A stretch of DNA of 32,000 bases from Psychrobacter sp. DM4 (GTDB lineage: Bacteria; Pseudomonadota; Gammaproteobacteria; Pseudomonadales; Moraxellaceae): contig NZ_CP195536.1 of the NCBI RefSeq assembly GCF_051307035.1, positions 300,001 to 332,000 on the forward strand, given 5' to 3'. The notes beneath the pieces were generated by a model, which made no database searches, was not told the origin of the DNA, and saw only the letters and a list, made by a program, of their open reading frames with translations. Made by a program: the position numbers and the translations under genes. Each line of letters starts with the position of its first letter. Within the stretch, counting starts at the first letter, position 1. Positions 8,603 through 20,865 of the stretch are shown here, piece after piece.

Positions 8603-9391
8603 TTAACGCTTACGTAGTAGTAACTGCGAGATAATCACTAAGATTAGAGACGCCACTAGCAGTAGTGTACCAATAGCATTGACCTCAGGCTTGAGTCCCA
8701 CGCGTACCATAGAGTATATCCGTAATGGCAAAATCTCATAGCTAGGTCCTGTGACAAAGGTGGAGACCACCACATCATCAAGTGACAAGGTAAAAGCAAG
8801 TAGCCAACCTGCCATGACCGCAGGAAAAATAACGGGGATCAAAACCGTACGTACCATTGTCGCCTCAGAAGCGCCTAAATCTCTGGCAGCTTCCATCAAA
8901 CGCTCATCCAAACTACTCAAGCGCGCAAAGACGGTAATCACCACAAACGGCAGACAAAAGGTAATGTGCGCCAGTAGCAAAGACACAAAACCCAGTTGTA
9001 ACCCGATTAATAGAAACAGCGCCAGTAACGATATAGCCAATACAATCTCAGGCGACATCATGAGCACAAAGAGTAGCCCGTTCAACAGACCTTTACCGCG
9101 AAAGTTATAACGATGGAGCGCAAGGGCGGTCAGCGTGCCTATCAAAGTAGAAACGGTCGCTGCCACTAAGCCTAAAACAATAGAATGCCAAAAGGCATCA
9201 AGCATCGCTTGATTGTTAAATAGCGACTCATACCACTTTAAGCTAAAGCCGCCCCAGTTATAGCCAATCTTGGATTTATTAAAGGACATGACCACCAAGA
9301 CGATGATAGGCAAATACAACAAAGCATAAATCAGACTCAGATAGCCCTTTGCCGCCATGCTACCAATTTTGAGAGTACGAGGTTTAGACAT
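8603..9391 (-). CDS. potC: Spermidine/putrescine ABC transporter permease PotC
   Basis: It is collinear with E. coli PotC (HITFCLPFVVITV...EAARDLGASE...DDVVVSTFVTGPSYEILPLRIYSMV). Its start overlaps the potB stop at 9391. Confidence 0.92.
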   Translation of the reverse strand: MSKPRTLKIGSMAAKGYLSLIYALLYLPIIVLVVMSFNKSKIGYNWGGFSLKWYESLFNNQAMLDAFWHSIVLGLVAATVSTLIGTLTALALHRYNFRGKGLLNGLLFVLMMSPEIVLAISLLALFLLIGLQLGFVSLLLAHITFCLPFVVITVFARLSSLDERLMEAARDLGASEATMVRTVLIPVIFPAVMAGWLLAFTLSLDDVVVSTFVTGPSYEILPLRIYSMVRVGLKPEVNAIGTLLLVASLILVIISQLLLRKR

Positions 9392-10277
9392 TAGGCCGCC
9401 TCGTTAAAGTCAGTTTTGCCAATGCGGCGACTACTGGCGCGGTAGGCAAGTAATAGCACTGCCATAGCAAGCGTTAAGAGTACGCTGGCTGCGGCGCCAA
9501 AGGGCCAATCACGCGCATCCAAAAATTGGTTTTTGATGATGTTACCAACGAGTAAATTGCGTGAGCCGCCCAAAATATCTGCCACATAGAACATACCCAT
9601 CGCTGGCAATAGCACGAGTAACACCCCTGAGATGATGCCTGGCGTCGTCAATGGCAGCACCACGTGCCAAAAGGTCTGAGATTTGGAGGCGCCCAAATCT
9701 TGCGATGCCAGCAGCATGTCGTTACGCAAATCCGTAAACACCGCATAGAGCGGTAATACCATAAATGGGAATAATAAATAGGTAAGGCCTGCGATGACCG
9801 CGCCTTGGGTGTACAGAATATCGATGGGCGTATCAATGATGCCTATAGCGAGCAGGGATTTATTAATGAGTCCATTATTGGCAAACAGCAACTTGAGTGC
9901 ATAAGTACGCACTAAGGAATTGGTCCAAAAGGGTAGGATAAGCAGCATCATAAGAAGCGGCTGCCAATTGCCTTTGGCTTTTGATACGAGCCACGCAAAA
10001 GGATAACCGAGCACTAAGCAGATGATCGTTGTGATACCGGCCATCCAAAGTGAGTGGACAAACACCTCAAAATATAGCGGATCAACTAGACGTATATAGC
10101 TCTCGATAGTGACAGGCAAGCTAATAAAAGCACTGCTATCACGGCTCAAAAAGCTTACCGCGATGACTAAAATGTTGGGCAATAAGGCAAATATCAGTAG
10201 CCAGCCCCAAATCAGCCATAGCGTGGCGGTACGAAAGGGGCTCTTGCTTCCCAAATTGAAACGGTTATGACGCGCCA

Positions 10278-10278
<1 letters not shown>
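9391..10278 (-). CDS. potB: Spermidine/putrescine ABC transporter permease PotB
   Basis: It is collinear with E. coli PotB (PFWTNSLVRTYALK...DLGASKSQTFWHVVLPLTTPGIISG...DARDWPFGAA). Its start overlaps the potA stop at 10278. Confidence 0.92.
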
Positions 10279-11558
<1,280 letters not shown>

Positions 11559-12010
11559 AGAGCAGATCCCTAGGTTTTTAAAATAGGTCTTTAAAATAGG
11601 CGTTCAAAAGTAGTCGTCTTAGGTATTCATAGCTGAGCGAATACGACATAGACGCAAGGTTTAAGCGTGAGCTAATGGCTAAATATTATAACAAACCCAC
11701 CAAGCGAATGACCGAAAACTCGTTATCAATTATGCAAGTAGCTTTCTAGGCAAACATTTCTTATCCTCTTCTTGTTGTTATTGCGATACAATTACTTTTG
11801 ATTAGGACGTGCCTTCGTTTTGATGACAAAGATAAAAATGAGATATATTTTTGTCGCTCAAAAAGAACGTCAGCATATGGTCTATAAACTCCAAAAAGCG
11901 ACATAAACATAGCGATTTTAAGTTTATTAACAGCCCCTCGTTTAGATTGAAGGCATGCCCTAGTAGGTAGATTTTAAAACCTGTGACTTTCCTCAAAACA
12001 AGGATACCCT

Positions 12011-12658
12011 ATGACTGCTAAAACCGATAACAAGCGTCCTGAAACGGCTCAAGAGGTACTGGCTCTGCTCAAAGAAGGCAACGCGCGTTATGTAGAGAGC
12101 TTGAACAGTACTGATGCTCACATGCAAAAACGACCAGAGCTGGTTAGTGTCCAAAATCCGCTGGCGATTATTTTGGGCTGCTCGGATGCCCGCGTGCCTG
12201 TTGAGATTGTTTTTGATCAAAAGCTCGGTGAGCTCTTTGTTATCCGAGTGGCGGGAAACGTGGTGGCACCCTCACAAATAGGCTCCGTTGAGTTTGCCGC
12301 AGATCAGTTCGATACCAAGCTAGTAGTCGTACTTGGGCACTCGCATTGCGGCGCGGTAACGGCTTGCGTCGATGCACTGATCAATCCTGAAAAATACTAC
12401 TCACCTAATTTGCAATCTATCGTCGACCGCATTCGCCCAAGCGTCTATAACTTGCATGAACTTGCAACCGCAAACGGTCAAGACGTCGATGCAGATGAGT
12501 TGGTTGAGCGCTCTATTAGCGCCAACGTGCGCATGTCTGTCAGTCAACTTCGCCATGGCTCACGTATTTTAGAAGACCTATCTGGTAGTGGTCAATTACT
12601 CATCGTTGGCGCAGAGTACGACTTAGAAACAGGTAAAGTACGCTTTTTAGACAGCTAA
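12011..12658 (+). CDS. can: Beta-class carbonic anhydrase
   Basis: The zinc ligand pattern CSDAR...GHSHCGA is present, along with the conserved VIRVAGN segment. It is 215 aa. Confidence 0.88.
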   Translation: MTAKTDNKRPETAQEVLALLKEGNARYVESLNSTDAHMQKRPELVSVQNPLAIILGCSDARVPVEIVFDQKLGELFVIRVAGNVVAPSQIGSVEFAADQFDTKLVVVLGHSHCGAVTACVDALINPEKYYSPNLQSIVDRIRPSVYNLHELATANGQDVDADELVERSISANVRMSVSQLRHGSRILEDLSGSGQLLIVGAEYDLETGKVRFLDS

Positions 12659-12777
12659 TAGGGCTAAATATATAGACCTAATACAAAACTCTATGAATAA
12701 AGGGATAAATTTTTATTAATATAATGAGCATTCTTGCTTTTTTACCTGATAAAACATAACCCTACAAAGGAATAACG

Positions 12778-13347
12778 ATGTCAAATTCATTGAGTTCAGA
12801 TGAGAGTAACGCTACTATTGATCAGCCTACAAGTAGCGTTCAATCCAAAGGTGTTCAGCCTATCTCGACTCACACCAGAGGCTTCAACTTTAATCATACG
12901 ATGCTACGCGTTAAAGATCCTGTCGAATCACTTAAGTTTTATACGGGTGTGCTCGGTATGACGCTACTTGCGGTCAAAAAATTCCCAGATATGGGTTTTG
13001 ATCTCTACTTTTTAGCCAAACTTACCCAGAGCGAGCGTGATAATTTGCCCGCTGGTGACGACTTGGCGATTTATGCTTTTCGTCAACGCGGCATCTTGGA
13101 GCTGACGCACAATCATGGTACCGAGACCAAGACTGATTTTAGCTATCATGACGGTAATGATGCACCGCAAGGTTTTGGGCATATTTGCTTTAGCGTTCCT
13201 GATATGGATGCTGCTGTTGCTTGGTTCGATAACAACAATGTCACTTTTAAAAAACGTCCTGAAGAAGGCAGTATGAAGAACATCGCCTTTATCAAAGACG
13301 TCGATGGCTACTGGATTGAAATTGTGCAAGCTGATTTAATGGATTAG
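12778..13347 (+). CDS. gloA: Lactoylglutathione lyase (glyoxalase I), long eukaryote-like form
   Basis: FNHTMLRVKDP..SLKFYTGVLGM...LELTHNHGTE...GFGHICFSV.D...GYWIEIV are glyoxalase I metal-binding and VOC-fold motifs. Confidence 0.88.
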   Translation: MSNSLSSDESNATIDQPTSSVQSKGVQPISTHTRGFNFNHTMLRVKDPVESLKFYTGVLGMTLLAVKKFPDMGFDLYFLAKLTQSERDNLPAGDDLAIYAFRQRGILELTHNHGTETKTDFSYHDGNDAPQGFGHICFSVPDMDAAVAWFDNNNVTFKKRPEEGSMKNIAFIKDVDGYWIEIVQADLMD

Positions 13348-13471
13348 TACTGATAATATATTTTTTGAGACATTATTTTTTTCAAAATAGTGCTTAAAAC
13401 AGTACTCAAAACAACGCTCAAAAGAGTCAGTTGATATGACTCAAAATAATAACTAGTGGAGTAATTCCTAT

Positions 13472-14470
13472 ATGGCGACTACTGAGGTAGACCCTACCGC
13501 AATCGAGAGTGCCGCAGATACCGCAACTGACGATGTATTGACTTACCAAGCAATCGCTGAGACCGCAAACGATCTAATTAGTAGCTTCGTTGAGCGTATA
13601 CCGTATTTCGTCGCCGCGCTTATCGTGATGATTATCTTTTGGTTACTCTCAAAAGTATTCAAAAAGGTCGTGCGCAAATTGTTAGGCAACCGCAGTAGTC
13701 ATCAAAACTTGGTTAAAGTCTTTCAGCGTGTCGGCGGCGCTCTGATAATATTCATAGGCTTTATGATTGCTATGGTGATAGCGTTACCAGGATTCACGCC
13801 AGCCAAACTCATCGGCGCACTCGGTATAGGGTCAGTGGCGATCGGTTTTGCGTTCAAAGATATCTTTCAGAATCTACTATCGGGTATTTTGTTATTAATA
13901 TCAGAGCCCTTTCGGATTGGCGATCAGATTGTTTCAGGGGACTTTGAAGGCACGGTTGAAGATATCAAAATTCGCGCCACAACTATTAGAACCTACGACG
14001 GTCGTCAGGTCGTTATTCCAAATTCAGATTTGTACACTTCAGCATTGACAGTCAATACAGCGTATAAGCAGCGCCGCTTGCAGCTGGCAGTAGGCATAGG
14101 GTATGCAGATGATATCAATGAAGCCAAAGCGGAGATCATGCAAGCGCTAGAGCGATCAGATACCGTATCTAAAGATGCATCGCCAACTATCATCGCAGTC
14201 AACTTAGGAGACTCGACTATAGATCTGATTGTGCGCTGGTTCATTGATGATGGCAACCAAGCCAATAAAGTTGGCTCTATAGATCAGGTGCTTATTGAGA
14301 TCAAAACCGCACTCGATAAGGCAGGTATCGATATGCCGTTCCCTGTACGTACGCTAGATTTAAGTGATCCTTCTATAAAAGCAACCGTTAAGCAGCTGAA
14401 TAATCATGATGCTAAGAGCGAAGATAATAATGATGACAAAGTAGATATGAATAAAATTATCACAGAGTAA
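13472..14470 (+). CDS. Small-conductance mechanosensitive channel (MscS family)
   Basis: N-terminal TM helices are followed by the pore helix GIGSVAIGFAFKDIFQNLLSGILLLISEPFRIGD and the beta-domain GTVEDIKIRATTIRTYDGRQVVIPNS. Confidence 0.88.
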   Translation: MATTEVDPTAIESAADTATDDVLTYQAIAETANDLISSFVERIPYFVAALIVMIIFWLLSKVFKKVVRKLLGNRSSHQNLVKVFQRVGGALIIFIGFMIAMVIALPGFTPAKLIGALGIGSVAIGFAFKDIFQNLLSGILLLISEPFRIGDQIVSGDFEGTVEDIKIRATTIRTYDGRQVVIPNSDLYTSALTVNTAYKQRRLQLAVGIGYADDINEAKAEIMQALERSDTVSKDASPTIIAVNLGDSTIDLIVRWFIDDGNQANKVGSIDQVLIEIKTALDKAGIDMPFPVRTLDLSDPSIKATVKQLNNHDAKSEDNNDDKVDMNKIITE

Positions 14471-14497
14471 ACACTTTGCGTTGAGGCTGATGTATCT

Positions 14498-14764
14498 ATG
14501 ACTGAAAGAACCATCACTCTTGGCATTATGAAACTTGCCGTAGCTGGCAAAGAGAGTGATGGTACCCTGGATACAGTAACCGAGGCTGCTACGGTTAAAT
14601 TCAACCAAGTCATAGAGCATAAGCTAGACATTCAAATCGAGTCGTTCTCTTTTACTGGGCGCAGTTTAACTCCTGACAATAACGGCTATCGAGCCTTTTC
14701 CTTTCAGCTGATATCTACGCGGCGAGGGCAGATGAAACCTAAGACCCTAAGAGCAAACGGCTAG
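14498..14764 (+). CDS. Hypothetical small protein (88 aa)
   Basis: The ORF starts 27 nt after the mscS-family stop. A GAGG lies 11 nt upstream of the ATG, and the strong terminator at 14776-14805 follows the ORF. No recognisable family. Confidence 0.4.
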   Translation: MTERTITLGIMKLAVAGKESDGTLDTVTEAATVKFNQVIEHKLDIQIESFSFTGRSLTPDNNGYRAFSFQLISTRRGQMKPKTLRANG

Positions 14765-14775
14765 CAGACTTCAAT

Positions 14776-14805
14776 AAAAAACCGCCTAAATATTGGGCGG
14801 TTTTT
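14776..14805. terminator. Bidirectional rho-independent terminator between convergent genes
   Basis: The sequence is A5, ACCGCCT, a 7-nt loop, GGGCGGT, then T5. The stem is flanked by an A-run and a T-run, so it can work on both strands. Confidence 0.8.
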
Positions 14806-14823
14806 GTTATTTATAAGCTAAAA

Positions 14824-15357
14824 CTAGTCACTGTCTTTGACTTTAAATTCAGTATGACACGACTTACAGCTTGCACCGACTTCACCAAACGCAGGTTTGA
14901 AGTCATCCACGCTAGTAGCAGTTTGAGCGACCATGTCTAAATCTGCGGTCACTTGTTGGAACTTTTCTGACTCAGCGACGAAAGTTTCATTATCGCTCCA
15001 GACCGCTTCTGTGGCGTTGCCCATGGATTCTGCATTACCAAAATGTACCCAAGGACTTTTTGAGGCTTCTGCTAAATATGAGGTTTGATCTTTTAAAAGC
15101 GCAGCATCAAAAGTATCAGGTGCTTTGACCATACCACCCATGATACCCATCGCATCGCCATAGCTTTTCATAATATCTTGACGGGCTTTTATGTCAGGAT
15201 CAACAGGACTACTACAAGCGCTCAGAGCTAGTACTGCGCTCATCAGTGTAGTACCGATCATTGCTTTTAATGATATGAATTTTAGTGCTTTGTTTTTCGA
15301 TACTATGCTAGTAAGAACTTGGCTAGTAAGAACCTTGCTAGTAAGAACCTGTTCCAT
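14824..15357 (-). CDS. Class II cytochrome c (cytochrome c-prime / c556 family), lipoprotein-type signal
   Basis: The C-terminal haem site CKSCHTEFK and a four-helix-bundle-like body are present, with an LSAC lipobox. A strong SD (GGGAGA, 7 nt upstream) supports the ATG at 15357. Confidence 0.8.
   Translation of the reverse strand: MEQVLTSKVLTSQVLTSIVSKNKALKFISLKAMIGTTLMSAVLALSACSSPVDPDIKARQDIMKSYGDAMGIMGGMVKAPDTFDAALLKDQTSYLAEASKSPWVHFGNAESMGNATEAVWSDNETFVAESEKFQQVTADLDMVAQTATSVDDFKPAFGEVGASCKSCHTEFKVKDSD
15307..15351. repeat. 15-bp tandem repeat x3 inside the 5' end of the cytochrome c-prime gene
   Basis: The units are GCTAGTAAGAACTTG, GCTAGTAAGAACCTT and GCTAGTAAGAACCTG. On the coding strand they encode QVLTS-KVLTS-QVLTS directly after Met-Glu. 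Confidence 0.9.
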
Positions 15358-15471
15358 AGGTCATTCTCCCTTGATGATGCGATGAGTGCTACTCTGTCAT
15401 TTGATTTTTTCTTGTTGAAAATAGCAAAAGGCAGTTGTTGAGCCCTTTATGGTTCATTATGCCAACAAGGA

Positions 15472-16500
<1,029 letters not shown>

Positions 16501-17154
16501 TTACTGATTGAAGTGGGTTTCGGTATTGATATCTTTGTCTAATAGATGTCCCATACGATCGCGCTTGGTCGCAAGATACTCAATATTATCATCAGTAATC
16601 CCGACAATTGAGGGAACGCGTTCTACGACATCGATACCATGTTCTGTCAGATAAGTGACTTTATCAGGATTGTTAGTAATGAGACGTACCTGATTGATCC
16701 CAACGTGCGCGAGCATAGGGCCGCACATATCATAAACACGCGCATCAGCGGGTAGCCCTAACATCAAATTGGCATCCAAAGTATCATGACCTTGATCTTG
16801 TAGAGCGTAGGCACGGATTTTGTTGGTGAGCCCTATACCGCGGCCTTCTTGACGCAAGTACAAAATAGCGCCGCAGCCAGACTCCTGTACTGCTTGCATG
16901 GCCATATTGAGCTGAGGCCCGCAGTCACATTTTAAGGAATCAAAGGCATCACCAGTCAAGCACTCAGAATGAATGCGCACTAGTGGAATAGTATCGACGT
17001 CGCTATTACTCTGAGCTGTATTTGAGGACCCATCAATAGGTAAGCCGACGCTCAGCATGACATGCTCTTGAGAGTCTTCATTTTCAAACACATGAATATC
17101 AAACTCGCCGTAACGAGTCGGCAGTTTAGCACTAGTAATACATTGATATGACAT
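16501..17154 (-). CDS. ribA: GTP cyclohydrolase II
   Basis: It is collinear with E. coli RibA (AKLPT..G.F....F......H.....[21 protein letters not shown]...[24 protein letters not shown]). The ATG at 17154 ([13 protein letters not shown]) has an AGGA 7 nt upstream and matches the E. coli N-terminus. The 17211 start adds 19 residues with no counterpart in E. coli RibA. Confidence 0.92.
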   Translation of the reverse strand: MSYQCITSAKLPTRYGEFDIHVFENEDSQEHVMLSVGLPIDGSSNTAQSNSDVDTIPLVRIHSECLTGDAFDSLKCDCGPQLNMAMQAVQESGCGAILYLRQEGRGIGLTNKIRAYALQDQGHDTLDANLMLGLPADARVYDMCGPMLAHVGINQVRLITNNPDKVTYLTEHGIDVVERVPSIVGITDDNIEYLATKRDRMGHLLDKDINTETHFNQ

Positions 17155-17676
17155 TGAGATCCTACGTAGACCGTTCATCGTGGCAATAGAGGAGGATGTC
17201 ATAGTTATCATAAGTTATCTGATAGCTATGTCGTAAAAATAGAGGAGCTGATTACTCTATATCAAAGGTAATTGAAATAAAGGCTGACCAGTATAACCTG
17301 TTCTTAGCTGGCTTAATAAGTTTGAGATAAAACACATAAAATTCACAGACCAAGCACGATGATTAAAGCGACTGTCAAAAAAAAATGCTATTATGCCATA
17401 CTATTTTGTTAGATACAGTGACGTGTGTTTGCTCGTAGATTACTACGGCGTCACGAACTTTCACAGCCTATGTCCAATAAAAAGGCATAATGTGGCAGAT
17501 TATCGCAGCACATAAAATAGACGACAGTTATGATCCGCCCGTCTGAGCCCATATTATTTAAAACAAACAGTAATTTATCTTTAGTATTTATATATGAGTA
17601 TGATAGAGGCGTCTTACTAGCCATAGTCATAGACTAAAGGTGTATCACATCAAGCTTGATAGGTATCGTACGGTTT

Positions 17677-19731
17677 ATGCAGCAGTCCACTCATCCTTCA
17701 CAGTCTCAGTCGGCACCCGCAGCGCACTCGGTATCATCAGTCGCTGAAGCGAGTGCGCACCCCTCAAGTTTGCAGCAAACTTATGACACTATTCCTCACA
17801 TACGCCCCTCAACCCCACTATTAGATACTATTGACTCGCCTGCTGATTTGAATGATTTAGGCTGTGAGCAACTGATCACTTTGGCCGATGAGCTGCGCTT
17901 GTTTGTGCTGTACTCAGCAGGTCAAAGCGGTGGCCACTTTGGGGCAAATTTGGGTGTTATTGAACTGACAATCGCGCTACATCATCTGCTAGACACGCCG
18001 CAAGATCAGATCGTCTGGGACGTCGGTCACCAAGCCTATCCCCATAAAGTACTGACAGGACGGCGCGATCAGCTCGGCTCTATTCGTGCCAAGAATGGTT
18101 TAACCGCTTTTCCTGAGCGCGGCGAATCCGTCTACGACACCTTTGGCGTTGGACACTCATCAACCTCTATTTCAGCAGGTCTAGGCATGAGTCTAGCGCT
18201 TCGCTATCAAGGTCGCGCGCAAACTGTAGCTTGCATCATCGGTGATGGCGCTATGACAGGCGGTATGGCATTTGAGGCTATGAACGATGCGGTGCAACAA
18301 AACGCTGACTTACTCGTTATTCTAAATGATAATGACATGTCGATATCATGCTCTATTGGTGGTTTTTCACGGCATTTAGCGATGTTATGGGAATCAGGTT
18401 ATCAAGTCGATATTACAGAGACAGGTGATCCTGTCTTGTGTCATAGGCCTAATATGCGTGCCTTTGATCGGCGCAAACGCCACAAAGCTATGCGCGATGT
18501 GCCTAATTTAGAAGACAACTTATTCAAAGCCATAGGGTTTACCTACTTTGGCCCTTTTGATGGTCATAATATTCCTGAGTTACTGCGTGTATTATCAAAA
18601 GCCAAACAAGTCAAAGGGCCTGTTTTGGTGCATATTTATACCACCAAAGGTCGCGGCTTCGCTCCTGCTGAGGCGGACCCTGTAGGTTATCATGCGATTA
18701 GTAAGCTACCTGCCCACAGCGATAGTCAAAAAACCAAGAGCACAGTAACGAATGCCGCTCCAGCACTAAAGTTCTCGCAAGTATTTGGACAGTTTTTGTG
18801 CGAAAAAGCTATGCAAGACGACAAGATGCTAGCCATCACACCTGCGATGGAAGAAGGCTCAGGCATGATCGAGTTTGCTCGTCAGTACCCTGAGCGTTTC
18901 TTTGATGTGGCTATTGCTGAGCAGCACGCAGTCACTCTTGCAGGCGGTATGGCAACCCAAGGGGTCAAGCCTATCGTCGCTATTTACTCTACATTTTTGC
19001 AGCGCGGTTATGATCAGCTGATCCATGATATTGCTTTACAAGATCTAGATGTGATGTTTGCTATCGACCGTGCAGGCTTGGTAGGAGAAGATGGCGCTAC
19101 GCATGCGGGTATATTTGATTTGGCCTTTATGCGCTGCGTGCCCAACATGATCATTGCCGCGCCAAAAGATGAAAACGAGTGCTATCATCTGCTTAATACC
19201 TGTTATGAATATCAAGGATGCACAGCAGTGCGTTACCCACGCGGCACAGGTACGGGTGCCTTGATTAATAAACCTGCTGAGCAGTACACGATAGGGCGGG
19301 CGACCCTAGAGTCAGCGATGGGGTCTAATAGCGCGCCTATCAAGCTTGTGCTACTAGCGTTCGGTACGATGGTTGCCGTAGCAGAGCAAGCGGCAAAGAC
19401 GCTAAATGCTGAGCGAGAGGACTGTTATATTCAAACCGTTAATATGCGCTGGGTTAAGCCTCTAGATTGCGAACTTATAGAATCGCTAATTGAAAAAGGA
19501 GCGACTCACATTGCAACGTTAGAGGAGCATGTCATCATGGGCGGCGCTGGTAGTGCGGTCAATGAATACCTGCTTAATGAGTCAGCAGCTTATGGTGCTC
19601 AGCGTCCAGTAATACATAATATCGGCATCTCAGATCAGTTTGCAGCTCACGGCTCACAAGCGGAGCAATTAGCAGACTGCGCTTTAGATACGGTTGGCGT
19701 AGCGGCGCAGCTTAGAGCTTTGCTATCATAA
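17677..19731 (+). CDS. dxs: 1-deoxy-D-xylulose-5-phosphate synthase
   Basis: [18 protein letters not shown]...[16 protein letters not shown]...[15 protein letters not shown]...AEQHAVT.A.G.A are the Dxs/TPP motifs. ATG 17677 is preferred to the TTG at 17656. About 40 N-terminal Ser/Gln/Ala-rich residues have no counterpart in E. coli Dxs, so the true start is uncertain. Confidence 0.92.
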   Translation: MQQSTHPSQSQSAPAAHSVSSVAEASAHPSSLQQTYDTIPHIRPSTPLLDTIDSPADLNDLGCEQLITLADELRLFVLYSAGQSGGHFGANLGVIELTIALHHLLDTPQDQIVWDVGHQAYPHKVLTGRRDQLGSIRAKNGLTAFPERGESVYDTFGVGHSSTSISAGLGMSLALRYQGRAQTVACIIGDGAMTGGMAFEAMNDAVQQNADLLVILNDNDMSISCSIGGFSRHLAMLWESGYQVDITETGDPVLCHRPNMRAFDRRKRHKAMRDVPNLEDNLFKAIGFTYFGPFDGHNIPELLRVLSKAKQVKGPVLVHIYTTKGRGFAPAEADPVGYHAISKLPAHSDSQKTKSTVTNAAPALKFSQVFGQFLCEKAMQDDKMLAITPAMEEGSGMIEFARQYPERFFDVAIAEQHAVTLAGGMATQGVKPIVAIYSTFLQRGYDQLIHDIALQDLDVMFAIDRAGLVGEDGATHAGIFDLAFMRCVPNMIIAAPKDENECYHLLNTCYEYQGCTAVRYPRGTGTGALINKPAEQYTIGRATLESAMGSNSAPIKLVLLAFGTMVAVAEQAAKTLNAEREDCYIQTVNMRWVKPLDCELIESLIEKGATHIATLEEHVIMGGAGSAVNEYLLNESAAYGAQRPVIHNIGISDQFAAHGSQAEQLADCALDTVGVAAQLRALLS

Positions 19732-19786
19732 GCACGTTTTATCACTACAAAAATGCGCAATTTTAAGTCTGAAAACTTTAAGTGTG

Positions 19787-19807
19787 ACGCCTGCTAGCCG
19801 CAGGTGT
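19787..19807 (+). terminator. Weak hairpin after dxs (possible terminator or attenuating structure)
   Basis: ACGCCTGC-TAGCC-GCAGGTGT forms an 8-bp stem with one G-U pair. No adjacent T-run follows. Confidence 0.25.
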
Positions 19808-19883
19808 AAACTATTTTACAGTCTGTATTTTATTTTTATTATTGTCTCTCATTTTATTCACTGATTAGGTAAAAAGGTTATTT

Positions 19884-20711
19884 ATGGAACCCATGGTTGT
19901 CATCGCAGCACGCGCTGCTGAAAAAGTTGGAAAAGAGATTTTGCATGCACATCAAAATCGTCACAAAATTGAGTTTGATACCGAGTCCAAGGGCCTTGAT
20001 GGTCTAGTCACACGCATTGATCGATTTAGCGAAGAGTTGACGATTGCTACGCTCAAAAGCAGCTATCCTACGCACTCATTTTTGGGTGAAGAGTTCGGCA
20101 TGCAAGAAGGACGCGGCGAAGATGCAGACTGGTGCTGGATTATTGATCCGCTAGATGGTACCAAAAATTTCGTTCATGGGGTTCCGCAATTTTGTGTATC
20201 GATTGCAGTACAGCATAAAGGGGTTACCCAGCACGGCGTCATCTATGATCCTGTTCGCGATGAGATGTTCTCAGCTAGTCGCGGTAAAGGCGCGCGTCTC
20301 AATCAGCGCCGTATTAATGTCAGTGATCGCAAAACGCTAGAAGGCGCTCTGTTTACGACAGGTCATCCGCTAGAGCGAAAACGTAATGGTGAAGTTATCT
20401 CTTATGCTAAGGAGCATTTTGAGAGCTTGCAAAAGGTTTGCGAAGCGGGCGGTCAAATTCGCCGTTTAGGCTCAGCGGCGTTAGATCTATGCTACGTGGC
20501 GGCAGGTCGTTTCGATGGTTACTTTGAGATGTCCATCAAGCCTTGGGATATCGCTGCAGGTGAGCTCATTGTGACCGAAGCACGCGGCGTCGTCGTCGAC
20601 CATACGGGCGCGCACAACTCTATGACCACAGGCTCTATCTTTGCCTGTAACGTTAAGTTGCTTAAGCCTTTGATGCAAATTGTCGTACCTGCATGGAACG
20701 AAGCTGTTTAA
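19884..20711 (+). CDS. suhB: Inositol monophosphatase family protein (SuhB-like)
   Basis: It is collinear with E. coli SuhB (MEPMVVIAARAA...WIIDPLDGTKNF..G.P.F.VSIA...RR.GSAALDL.YVAAGR.DG.FE....PWD.AAGEL). Confidence 0.9.
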   Translation: MEPMVVIAARAAEKVGKEILHAHQNRHKIEFDTESKGLDGLVTRIDRFSEELTIATLKSSYPTHSFLGEEFGMQEGRGEDADWCWIIDPLDGTKNFVHGVPQFCVSIAVQHKGVTQHGVIYDPVRDEMFSASRGKGARLNQRRINVSDRKTLEGALFTTGHPLERKRNGEVISYAKEHFESLQKVCEAGGQIRRLGSAALDLCYVAAGRFDGYFEMSIKPWDIAAGELIVTEARGVVVDHTGAHNSMTTGSIFACNVKLLKPLMQIVVPAWNEAV

Positions 20712-20770
20712 ATTGAAAAGAGATTCAGAGTAAGAGGTAGGGGATTTCAATCATCTACTTTAGCACCTTC

Positions 20771-20806
20771 AAAAAAGCTGACTTCAAAAATGAGGTCAGC
20801 TTTTTT
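20771..20806. terminator. Bidirectional rho-independent terminator between suhB and the WS/DGAT gene
   Basis: The sequence is A6, GCTGACTTCA, AAAA, TGAGGTCAGC, then T6. The 10-bp stem has one G-U pair. Confidence 0.8.
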
Positions 20807-20865
20807 AGTTTCAGTAATTTGGTTTTTATCGCTCATATCTGATATACAGTATCAGCTTGAAGCGC

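Noticed and set aside
11802-12220. ORFs 11802..11996 (-) and 11993..12220 (-) in or next to the potA-can divergent intergenic region.
   Set aside because: They are AT-rich with no SD, and one overlaps the 5' end of the carbonic anhydrase gene. The region is better explained as divergent promoters. An imperfect 15-bp inverted repeat (around 11844-11858 and 11898-11912, matching at 13 of 15 positions) was noted, but it is too weak to call.
13420-13445. Hairpin GAGTCA-N7-TGACTC between gloA and the MscS-family gene, considered as a terminator.
   Set aside because: No T-run follows it on the plus strand. The T-rich side is on the minus strand, where there is no gene to terminate.
17155-17300. 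FMN (RFN) riboswitch in the ribA leader.
   Set aside because: I read the minus strand for the conserved RFN core segments and found none. An Infernal scan would be decisive.
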